This document shows positions 30,726 through 41,378 of a stretch of 64,000 nt of DNA, one piece after another. The notes under the pieces were generated by a model. The model did not search any database. It was not told the DNA's origin and was given only the letters and a program-made list of their open reading frames with translations. The position numbers and the translations under genes were made by a program. How positions within the stretch are numbered: position 1 is the first letter of the stretch; every line of letters begins with the position of its first letter. Source of the DNA: Methanotrichaceae archaeon. Lineage in GTDB: Archaea > Halobacteriota > Methanosarcinia > Methanotrichales > Methanotrichaceae. Where the stretch lies: the NCBI GenBank assembly GCA_963748825.1, contig CAVVKN010000021.1, positions 34,560-98,559 of the forward strand. Reading direction: 5' to 3'.

Positions 30726-31145
30726 CTGCTTGTTACCATCATGTATGAAAATTAAAAAAAACCCGGGCATTAAAGCATGTGTTTGAGCCCGGATCGAATC
30801 TGAAGAAGGCATCGACTGCCAGAAGGAGGGCCTCCTGCTACTCTAAACTAGTTATCCGTAATGAGAGTATAGCTGGTGGGCGGCCCATTTTTTGATTTGC
30901 GACATATCGCGAGCTCTCCAAAGTTGCTTAGCTATGGATGGCGATTCATTGAAGAACCCCCCTCCTCTTAACAACTAAAAAGTATTATCAATGGACTTGG
31001 AATGTTTAATTTACAGAAATTTCGGCACACTACCCTATTGGTTCTAACGGTACCATCAATTGCGCGGATGAATCTAAGAAAAAATAGAACGGAAAGCTTA
31101 AACAATATGGACCTGTATCTCCTCTTTCGTAGGAGATGAATCTAA

Positions 31146-31322
31146 ATGGCTGATTGCGAACTATGTACCCGTGCACGACCACTGCTCTTTCCCATAAAGG
31201 CCCCCGTCCACAACCTAACCTACCCCGAAGGCGCATACAAGGGCGTATGCGACATCTGCCTGGATAACCTGGAGAAGGGCTGGCAGGAGCGCTTTGGGCC
31301 GAAGCCTGAGGCTAAGAAATAG
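31146..31322 (+). CDS. fpoO: F420H2 dehydrogenase subunit FpoO-like protein
   Basis: 58-aa ORF absent from the track: MADCELC...YPEGAYKGVCDICLD; GGAG RBS. Confidence 0.78.
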   Translation: MADCELCTRARPLLFPIKAPVHNLTYPEGAYKGVCDICLDNLEKGWQERFGPKPEAKK

Positions 31323-31421
31323 AATAATAATATCATTATCCGCGAAAATCTTAAAACCATTTTTGGAATAATCGCGCAGAGCTTGCAGCATAGCTTGGGC
31401 TCTGGCGCAGGGTGAGTGATC

Positions 31422-31799
31422 ATGAGGATGCAAAAGGAGGAGAAGATCGTAGCAGTATTGCTCCTCATGGCCCTGGGATCTCTGGCCGTGGCATTCTGGG
31501 CGTTTGGTCCAGAAGATGAGGCGGCAAAAAGTCCTTCCGAATCCGGATCCCTGAACGCCGGCCTCTCTGTGGAGGGAATGGTTACAGAGATAAATCCCAC
31601 CAGGACAGGAGAGAATCTTCTGATCCGCCTTGATTCAACGTCCATTCCCATTTTTATTCCTCGTACTTCCGGCGCAAAAGAACTGTCAAGCATCCTAAAA
31701 AAAGGAGATCGAGTAAGGGTAAAAGGAATACAAAAAGAGTTCCAGGGCCAGGAAGAGATCGAAGTATCGCGATCCTCGGATGTGCAGATCTTAAATTAG
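31422..31799 (+). CDS. Membrane-anchored OB-fold protein
   Basis: TM helix then VEG.V..I..T.TG, GDRVRVKG...EFQG..EI. Confidence 0.8.
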   Translation: MRMQKEEKIVAVLLLMALGSLAVAFWAFGPEDEAAKSPSESGSLNAGLSVEGMVTEINPTRTGENLLIRLDSTSIPIFIPRTSGAKELSSILKKGDRVRVKGIQKEFQGQEEIEVSRSSDVQILN

Positions 31800-31877
31800 G
31801 AAGATCGCAGATAAATGCAAAAATAGTTATAGGTTAAAAAGAATTTCTTTATTGAGTATATTCGTGCTCATTGGCGG

Positions 31878-34800
31878 ATGTTTCAGGAAAAGTTTTATCG
31901 CTTTTGGAGAGAGAGCATGACGAAGAAAGGCCCGGCGATATCCACATTGTTCTTTTTAATTGCCATTGAGTTTCTGGTCTGCAGCCTGGTTGTGAGCGCT
32001 TTAGTCTGGCTATGCAATGTAATGCATGAATGGCTAATAGATATTCCCTGGCTGCCCAATACATCGTGGCCGCCTAATGCTTCCTGGATTCCGTTTTTAA
32101 TATTTATTACTTCTCTGATCTTGTTAGGTATCAGCATTTATTCTTATTCGTTGATATCTAGGATCTGGATAATTTTTCCCAAACATATTGCTTGGTTGAC
32201 TTTACCTGTATTCTGGCTTTCTGTGATTGTCTTTTACATTCTCGTAGTGGATCTTTTTATACGCCAATTCTCACAACTCCTTCCCTTGGCTATGGTCATT
32301 CTTAGCGTACTTCTCATGGCCTTTTATTTTTTAATTGAATTCTTTTTATTAAAATATAGCACGAAATGGACTCCCATTAGGATCATCCTATATCATCGAT
32401 TCGTAATGCTTGGATATATTATCCCCCGGTTGGAGAGCGGCTGGCTATCAGTGGCCGTCAAGTTCTTCGATGTTCTTTTCGCAACCTGGCTGGTGCAGAG
32501 CCTCTCCCGAATCCTCTGGAAAAGAATGGAGTCAGGAAGTCTCTTCAACATTGCATATTCAGAGAGTCTTACCTCACCGGCGGACCCAACAAAAGGAACC
32601 ATCTTCAACAGTTTCTCTGAGGCAAATCAGAACGTCTCGCTTCCAATATATTATTCCGGGCATCACTTTGGTATGGACATTATATCAAGCATATTTTCCC
32701 TACTCTGGAACCACGTGGTAGAGTTATTGGCACTGTGGTTTATTCTAGAAGCCCTCGGCTACCTTTGGGCCAGCTCCAGCAGGCTGGTCATCGTAGATAC
32801 TTCCAGTGGCGGTGAGAAGCAGGACACGAAAGAAAAAAAGGACGACTCTAAAAAAGCAGAGCCTTCTGGGCCGAATCTGGCCGACCTTCTAGCCACAAAG
32901 CTGGACCGAATCAAGGATATTTACCAGGCAGTTGATGAAAAAAGGCCCATTCAGTCCGCATGCGGAGCTGGCGAGCCTATTGATGCAGCCGTTAAAGTAG
33001 AGAGACTGGATGACATCACCCTTAGCAGCACCTCTGAGATCAAGCTGGGTCCTTTTGGTATCCCTGTGAGCTCTGTATCTGCTTTGATCTCGCACATTCT
33101 AAATGGCCCGAAGATTACAGTCGGGCTTTATCGCCGGGAACAGGAAAGTGACGGAACTGAGACGGAAAAAGAAAAGAGCAGTGGGACGGAAAAAGAGAGA
33201 TCAAAACTGGTCCTGATTGCGAGCTCGAGCGGCAATATGGGCACGAAGAGGTGGGTGATAGAATGCAGTGAATCTCTGGAAGAGGACTCAAGGGGAAAGG
33301 AGAGAAGCATTGAGGATATGGTCACAGAATTGGCTAACAGGGTTCATGCCAGCTATGCCGACATGCAGTCGGAAAAAAAGGGCCAGAGCGTTTCCTGGAG
33401 GGCCTTGTGGAACTTCAGTGAGGGCCTGAGAGCCTACAGGGACAGCCTAAAATCAAAAAATAAGCGTAAATACTATTTATATCGTGCTGAGAAAAAGTTC
33501 ATAGATGCGCTTAAAGAGGACTACAACTATAGCCTGGCTCATTATAACCTGGGTGTGGTATATGCCGAGCTGAATCAAGCTGACTCTGCTGAGGCATGCT
33601 TTCAAAAGGCTATCGATTCAAATCCCAATTTATCGGAGGCATACTACGCACTGGGAATTGCCATCTTCCGGCGGGCGAAAGATGTCCAGCAGTCATATGA
33701 AATTCTATGCGTAGATATGGAGCCGGAAGAAAGGGAACGGATTAAGGATGATTACGATAAAGTGATCAAACTATGTAAGAGGGGACTTATTGAAAAAAAT
33801 TTTTCAGTTAAGGCCAGAACTTATGATCTGATGGGAAACACATGGGCACGCCTGGCCTGCATGCATCGAAAAGGAGAATTTGATGGGGATCGTGTTCATC
33901 CCAAAGAATATGATGTTAACTTGATGAAGAATGCTGAAAGGTGCCTGGAGAAGTCTGTAAACTACTCATGGATGGCTTTGATCAAAGGATCTGTGCTGCA
34001 TGAAACAGCAGAAGATAAAACCAAGATTGTCTCAGAGTGCACTCTGGATCTCGCCCACGTCTATCTGAAGTTGAGCGAACGCGGATGCGGTGATAAGAGG
34101 CATAAAATGAGAGCTGTTCTCATGCAGGCCATTTACATCAATCCCAAGGATTCCTGTCTATATTATCTGCTGGCCAGGGTCGGAGAGAGTGAAAAATGCT
34201 CTAATTATATGAGGAAGGTTTACAAGCAAATTCAACTCATGAATCCGAACAGCTCCCGAATTAAGGCTCATATCAGTTCGATTAAATTTGGGAAAACAAA
34301 TGTACCAGCTTCTTGGCTGTCAGAATGCGAGGATTGTTGCGATGAAGAGACTTATGAAAGAGTCTATCATTTTCTGGTTTGTGCCATTAAGGATGAAGAT
34401 AGTACTTGCGCCAGGAGATTTTGCTTTAAAAGGGAGAAACTGAATTCTGATCTGAAAAGAGTGGAAGGGAAGAAAGAAAGCGCAATTCCTGCACTCAAGA
34501 AGAAAGAAAATAAACGCTCTCGGGTGGAGTATCCCAGGGTATTCTTATCACTAATCAGTTTATCTGAATCTCTCGCCATTCTTGGCGGCAGCAGGATGTC
34601 CTTAAGTTTGAGCAATGACAATATGAAGAAACTTGATGTATCCAGTATTCTGCTTAATGGCGTTTGCGCTAACGAGTGTATTACGAAGAAAAATTATTAC
34701 TGTGTCCTCAATTTTGCAGAACATCTTTACGTTGTGGGGTCAATAATTTTAAAATTGGCAAAAATTAAGGCAGATGAATATATAACTGGCATAGACAAGA

Positions 34801-36824
34801 GGGTAATTGAGTCAAATTTTGAAAATATTTTTGATGAAAAGATGGATATCAAAGGGAAATATAAATCAAGGGAATACTGCAGGATATTTTTGAACTTATC
34901 CCAAAGATGCATGTTTCGAATGAAGGAAATCCTGATCAGCGCTGCCAAATTGAATGAATTGTATGTGTTTAGCTGGAAGAAAGTACCAGGGACCGAGGAT
35001 AATAAACTCAGAGAGTTTCTAAGCAAGACATATCATATTGATTGGGTATATACTGCAGGAATTGTTAAGAGCGAAGACGGTAAGGCCATCAATATATCTA
35101 AAGAGGATAAAAATCTTTCACTAACGCTCAACAATGAAGACACTGAAGTAATCCTGAAAATCGGCAATATTGTAACTAATAACTACTTGGCAAAGAAAGA
35201 AAATGGTGAGCTAAACGTATACAATGAATTAAACAATTTTCTCAAAAAGGAGATCTGTTATTATCTGGTTGAAGCGGGCAAAACCATACTAGAGATAGAC
35301 GAGACTAGACGCTTTCTGGACCTCGACAACAATAAACCTATAGAATTGTCGGTAAAAACAAAAAATGGAGAGCTAAACACATACGATGCAGAGGCTTTCT
35401 TCAAAGAGGCCTTGAGTATTCTTGAAGGATTTGATACAGAAGAGGAAGAGATCAAACGCAACAAGATACACTTGCATCTGGCCCGAGCTGACATTGCCTC
35501 AGAAAATTTGGCTGATGCCCTTAAGGAGGCACAGAAGGCCAGGGAATTGAATCCCCTCAGCTACGAGGAGCGAGAGGTACTTGGCAAGATATTCTGCAAG
35601 CTGAAGGAATTCAAGTATGGCCTCTCTGAGCTGAACACTGCCGTAACTTATAGGCCCGATGATCCGGATCTGCTTCTCTGCGCCGGCAGAGCTTACTTAT
35701 CGGCTGGAAAAGACTGCAAGAAAAAGGGAGATGACAGAAACCGCATTCTAAGAAATGCCAGGGACAGACTGAGAGAAGCCCTTGAGATCGTAGATAGGTC
35801 AGACATAATGAAGCGGGGTAAGATCCGCTATTGGATTGGCAAAACTCTGCTGGAGCTGGGAGGTTATGAAGAGGCAATTCCCCATTTCAGAATTCTGGTT
35901 AAGAAGGAGAATTATAAAGATCCTCTGCCGGCACTTTATCTCGGATATGCTTTCCTGAAATGCAATTCCCACCAAGAATGCGAAAGTACACTTTATAGAT
36001 TGATTAGAAGTCTGAAATCAATGGAAGATAAGTCGACAATCGACAAATTCTACGGCCAGCAATACGATGACAAGAGGCATGTCAACGATATTCTGGCCCG
36101 TGCCTATATATATCTGGCTTATTCCTTCGCCGAGAGGGATGCCAATCCATGCGACTCATGGATGCTTGCAGGTGAATCTCAAAGCTACATAAAGAATTTA
36201 CGGGAAAAGATTGGCTTTGGGGAGGAGTGGACAAGAGACGGCGTGTTGCCCAAAAATTCACAATTATTATGTGCCAAGAGAGGATATGGGTTCTTGTCGA
36301 TTTCTGCTTCGGAAGACTCTGGTAAGTTGCATAAAAAATCCGCTGTGAGCCATTCGCTAGACGGAATAATGATTGAGGTCAAATTTGATCCAACGGATGG
36401 GCCGAGGAAGAGAAAGAGCAAAGCCCACCTGGCGGAGTGCGCGGGAACCATCTGCTATAAGATGGGTGAACTGTCTAAGGCTGTTGATTATTTGAATGCA
36501 TCCATAGCTTTGGATCCTGATGCTGGCGCCTATATCAACCTGGCCAAGGCTTATGAAAGAATGATTCTTTGCGGAGTTGCTGAGGATTCTGATAAAGATC
36601 TGATAGGCCGAACTATCAGAGACCTCTGCCGTCATGCAGAAGCACTGGATCTCAGGAATGAGCACAAAGAAGATCTCATATATTTCCGGAAGATTTACCT
36701 GGATCGAGAGACGGGATCGAATGGCCGTGACGGAGATCCTTCAAAGTCCGGAGATAAGGCTGGCGAGGCTAAAGCAGGAGAAGCCAAAGACGGAGAGGCA
36801 TGTAAGGAGAAAAGCGGCAAGTGA
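31878..36824 (+). CDS. Large multi-pass membrane protein with TPR repeats
   Basis: N-terminal hydrophobic helices; AHYNLGVVY, KAIDSNPNLSEAYYALG, AYINLAKAY TPRs; lower GC than flanks. Confidence 0.85.
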   Translation: MFQEKFYRFWRESMTKKGPAISTLFFLIAIEFLVCSLVVSALVWLCNVMHEWLIDIPWLPNTSWPPNASWIPFLIFITSLILLGISIYSYSLISRIWIIFPKHIAWLTLPVFWLSVIVFYILVVDLFIRQFSQLLPLAMVILSVLLMAFYFLIEFFLLKYSTKWTPIRIILYHRFVMLGYIIPRLESGWLSVAVKFFDVLFATWLVQSLSRILWKRMESGSLFNIAYSESLTSPADPTKGTIFNSFSEANQNVSLPIYYSGHHFGMDIISSIFSLLWNHVVELLALWFILEALGYLWASSSRLVIVDTSSGGEKQDTKEKKDDSKKAEPSGPNLADLLATKLDRIKDIYQAVDEKRPIQSACGAGEPIDAAVKVERLDDITLSSTSEIKLGPFGIPVSSVSALISHILNGPKITVGLYRREQESDGTETEKEKSSGTEKERSKLVLIASSSGNMGTKRWVIECSESLEEDSRGKERSIEDMVTELANRVHASYADMQSEKKGQSVSWRALWNFSEGLRAYRDSLKSKNKRKYYLYRAEKKFIDALKEDYNYSLAHYNLGVVYAELNQADSAEACFQKAIDSNPNLSEAYYALGIAIFRRAKDVQQSYEILCVDMEPEERERIKDDYDKVIKLCKRGLIEKNFSVKARTYDLMGNTWARLACMHRKGEFDGDRVHPKEYDVNLMKNAERCLEKSVNYSWMALIKGSVLHETAEDKTKIVSECTLDLAHVYLKLSERGCGDKRHKMRAVLMQAIYINPKDSCLYYLLARVGESEKCSNYMRKVYKQIQLMNPNSSRIKAHISSIKFGKTNVPASWLSECEDCCDEETYERVYHFLVCAIKDEDSTCARRFCFKREKLNSDLKRVEGKKESAIPALKKKENKRSRVEYPRVFLSLISLSESLAILGGSRMSLSLSNDNMKKLDVSSILLNGVCANECITKKNYYCVLNFAEHLYVVGSIILKLAKIKADEYITGIDKRVIESNFENIFDEKMDIKGKYKSREYCRIFLNLSQRCMFRMKEILISAAKLNELYVFSWKKVPGTEDNKLREFLSKTYHIDWVYTAGIVKSEDGKAINISKEDKNLSLTLNNEDTEVILKIGNIVTNNYLAKKENGELNVYNELNNFLKKEICYYLVEAGKTILEIDETRRFLDLDNNKPIELSVKTKNGELNTYDAEAFFKEALSILEGFDTEEEEIKRNKIHLHLARADIASENLADALKEAQKARELNPLSYEEREVLGKIFCKLKEFKYGLSELNTAVTYRPDDPDLLLCAGRAYLSAGKDCKKKGDDRNRILRNARDRLREALEIVDRSDIMKRGKIRYWIGKTLLELGGYEEAIPHFRILVKKENYKDPLPALYLGYAFLKCNSHQECESTLYRLIRSLKSMEDKSTIDKFYGQQYDDKRHVNDILARAYIYLAYSFAERDANPCDSWMLAGESQSYIKNLREKIGFGEEWTRDGVLPKNSQLLCAKRGYGFLSISASEDSGKLHKKSAVSHSLDGIMIEVKFDPTDGPRKRKSKAHLAECAGTICYKMGELSKAVDYLNASIALDPDAGAYINLAKAYERMILCGVAEDSDKDLIGRTIRDLCRHAEALDLRNEHKEDLIYFRKIYLDRETGSNGRDGDPSKSGDKAGEAKAGEAKDGEACKEKSGK

Positions 36825-36882
36825 TGATTGGATAGTGATGACTGGATTAATGTTAAATCGAAAAGGCAAAGATAATGGCATA

Positions 36883-38629
<1,747 letters not shown>

Positions 38630-38646
38630 AGGTTTTTTTGAAAATC

Positions 38647-39180
38647 ATGCGCGGGCTGTACATTGGGCGCTTCCAGCCCTATCACCTGGGGCATCAGGCG
38701 GTCTTAAAGAAGATCGCAGAAGAGGTAGAAGAGATTGTGATAGTAATCGGCAGCGCCCAGGATAGCCACACCTCCGAAAATCCCTTCACTGGCGGCGAGA
38801 GGGTGGAGATGATTTATGCGGCTTTAAGCGAAAGCCATCTGAGAGAGCGGTGCTACGTCACTCCTTTGCAGGATATCAAACGCAACTCCGTTTGGGTCTC
38901 ACATCTACAATCCATGGCTCCGAGCTTTGATGTGGTCTATTCCAACAATCCTCTGGTGGTCCAGCTCGTCGGCGAAGCGGGCATTCAGATAAGAAAGCCG
39001 CCCATGTACCAGAGAGATTTGTATTCCGGGACGGCGATTAGGAAGCTGATGAGGGAGAATGGCGATTGGGCCGGGCTGGTGCCAGCCGCAGTGGCCAGGT
39101 TCATCGAGGAGAAGGGCGGTGTGGAGCGCCTGATATCCGTGTCCAAGAGCGACAGCGACCCACCGGGCGACAGCTTATAG
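38647..39180 (+). CDS. nadM: Nicotinamide-nucleotide adenylyltransferase
   Basis: GRFQPYHLGH, GSAQ, NPFT.GER, SGTAIR. Confidence 0.95.
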   Translation: MRGLYIGRFQPYHLGHQAVLKKIAEEVEEIVIVIGSAQDSHTSENPFTGGERVEMIYAALSESHLRERCYVTPLQDIKRNSVWVSHLQSMAPSFDVVYSNNPLVVQLVGEAGIQIRKPPMYQRDLYSGTAIRKLMRENGDWAGLVPAAVARFIEEKGGVERLISVSKSDSDPPGDSL

Positions 39181-39622
39181 AAAAGCAGGCAGAAGACCCG
39201 CTCCCTTTAGGGGGCGGGATGCCGTACGCTCTCTAGTTACTTTCGCGTCGCGCTACTAAACTATATATCCATTCTGGCACAAACCATTATTTGCAATAAA
39301 AACTGCCTACAAGTTCAGGATGTATCCTAATCGGCTACAAGAAGTCGCATTAGATCTAACCTGGATACTTGCAGACATACCTCTCAGAAATGCTCCCTGT
39401 GTGGTATAATAGTTCCTAAGACGCTGGCAGATCGAGTCCATCATTGCCCTAACGGTGGCTTGGAGATTGACAGGGACATCAATGCCGGCTTGAACATTCT
39501 CACCCTCGGACTGAGGGAAGTGCCTACCAAGATCTGACCCCCACCGTTGAGCAAACTGTTAAAGCAAGTTAGATCGATGACGTAGGAAGCCCTGCCCCTT
39601 CAGGGTCAAGGGAGGAAGTCAC
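39179..39622 (+). mobile_element. tnpB: Non-autonomous IS200/IS605 element (internally deleted tnpB, both ends retained)
   Basis: Left-end hairpin CCCGCTCCCTTTAGGGGGCGGG; KTAYKFRMYP N-terminus fused to TSQKCSLCG..DRDINAGLNIL; right-end hairpin ending GTCAC. Confidence 0.88.
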
Positions 39623-39670
39623 ATTGTTGGATAAATAGCAACGAGGATGATTGAACTAGAGGTCGGATAA

Positions 39671-40147
39671 ATGGAGCAGGAAAAACTTCGTATAATAATT
39701 ACTGGCCCTAAGGTCCATGAGGTTGGTTATAGATACTGGCTGATGAATCAGGCAAAGGCCCTGGGAATTGAAGGATTCAATGCCACCAATGTGATAGATG
39801 CAGATAAGCATCAAAAAGTAGTAGTAATGCTAGAAGATTATCCCGAAGCTCTGGACGCATTTAAAGCATTGATAAAAGAAAACAAGCCGGAGAGAGCAAT
39901 AGTCTCTAGAATCGAATTTGAAGACTATCCCGGTAAAGTTACACGACTCAGTAACTTTGCTCAGGCCATCACGGCAGGTCAATTGTTGAAGGCCGTACCG
40001 ATTTTGCAGGATATCCAGGATCAAGTAAAGGTTTTGCCGGAGATAAGGGATCACACAGCGGAAACCGCGGAGAATCTGCGAGAAGACAGGCTAGCTAGAA
40101 TGGAAAGAGACATCAGGACGATAAAGGCGAAATTGGGAATGGCTTGA
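39671..40147 (+). CDS. Acylphosphatase-like domain with coiled-coil tail
   Basis: GPKVHEVGYRYWL, tail RLARMERDIRTIKAKLG. Confidence 0.8.
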   Translation: MEQEKLRIIITGPKVHEVGYRYWLMNQAKALGIEGFNATNVIDADKHQKVVVMLEDYPEALDAFKALIKENKPERAIVSRIEFEDYPGKVTRLSNFAQAITAGQLLKAVPILQDIQDQVKVLPEIRDHTAETAENLREDRLARMERDIRTIKAKLGMA

Positions 40148-40399
40148 TCCTGTCGCAAACGAGTCTTGCGTCCAGTTTGTCGCAACGTTTTTGCTCCATT
40201 CCATACCACTCTTTTCCTATGGGCGACCTTTCGCTATCACAGTTCGTTTTGAATTCAGCAGACCAGAACTTCGATATCTACAACGTTAGAGATCTCAAAC
40301 TGATTCAAAATTTTGATCTTTTGCAAGATAGAAATTCTCGCCTTGCTCTGCGTAATTATTTATCAGTCAACAGCACATTATCTATTATTCGGTGATTTC

Positions 40400-40675
40400 A
40401 TGAATTTCGAACACGTGGCAGGAAAAGATAAAGGCAAAATCAGGCTCTTTGCCCTCAGCACCTGCATCTGGTGCAAGAAGACCCGAGAGCTCTTATCATC
40501 TTTGGGCGTGGCCTTCGACTACATTTATGTGGACCTATTAAAAGGAGAGGAAAGAGCCGAGGCCGTAGCCGAGGTTAAAAAATACAATCCAAGCACCTCT
40601 TTTCCCACGCTTGTCATCGGCGAGAAATGCATTGTGGGCCTGAGAGAAAAAGAAATCAAGGAGGCGCTGGCCTGA
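40400..40675 (+). CDS. Glutaredoxin (methanoredoxin-like)
   Basis: LSTCIWCKKT, NP..SFPT.VI. Confidence 0.9.
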   Translation: MNFEHVAGKDKGKIRLFALSTCIWCKKTRELLSSLGVAFDYIYVDLLKGEERAEAVAEVKKYNPSTSFPTLVIGEKCIVGLREKEIKEALA

Positions 40676-41220
40676 TGGAAAAAGACTTTACCGAGCCTTC
40701 GGTCGAGGAAGTGGACAAATTATACTCCCAACTGGATAAAGATGCCAAGCAGGGTGGATACAATCTCAATCCCGATGCTGATTTTGTGAGAGGCCTGATA
40801 AAAGGGCTCCTCATAAACGAGAAGCGCTACGGCTACCGTGCCTGTCCTTGCCGCCTGGCTTCCGGCGACAAATCCGAGGACCTGGATCTCATCTGCCCCT
40901 GCGACTACAGAGATGCAGACGTTACTGAATTCGGCGCCTGCTACTGTGCGCTTTATGTATCGAAAGCCGTCCTGAAGGGCGGACAGGCGCTGTCTTCCAT
41001 TCCAGAAAGAAGACTGCCACTGGAAGAGAGGGAGAAACTGAGGCAAAAGCAAAAAGCACCTGTAGAGGGACTAGGTTCTGATATAGCAAAAGTGGCCCTC
41101 AAGCTTTCCGTGCCCGTGTGGAGATGTACAGTCTGCGGCTACCTCTGCGCTCGGGAGGGACCTCCGGAGGTCTGTCCTATCTGTAAGGTCGGCAAGGAGA
41201 GATTTGAGCGGTTTATTTAG
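40675..41220 (+). CDS. Ferredoxin:thioredoxin reductase-like (ferredoxin:disulfide reductase) with C-terminal rubredoxin domain
   Basis: CPCR, ICPC, CYCALY; WRCTVCGY..PPEVCPIC. Confidence 0.92.
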   Translation: MEKDFTEPSVEEVDKLYSQLDKDAKQGGYNLNPDADFVRGLIKGLLINEKRYGYRACPCRLASGDKSEDLDLICPCDYRDADVTEFGACYCALYVSKAVLKGGQALSSIPERRLPLEEREKLRQKQKAPVEGLGSDIAKVALKLSVPVWRCTVCGYLCAREGPPEVCPICKVGKERFERFI

Positions 41221-41290
41221 CTTTCATTTTTTATTTTACAAATGGAAAAAATGGCGTCAAAAATTGGGGTACATTCAGCACAGCGAATCC

Positions 41291-41361
41291 AAACTGATGA
41301 ACTTAGCCAAACCTGATAAATTGAACAGAACCCGATGAATTAACAAAAACCTCATGAATTG
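41291..41361. repeat. Four imperfect 18-19-bp tandem repeats upstream of copA
   Basis: Consensus about AAACCTGATGAATT, four copies. Confidence 0.6.
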
Positions 41362-41378
41362 TATCCGAAGGACAATCT

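Noticed and set aside
30780-30895. Possible structured ncRNA after the SPFH gene
   Set aside because: Only weak pairing before a T-run; compatible with a terminator region and no recognisable family.
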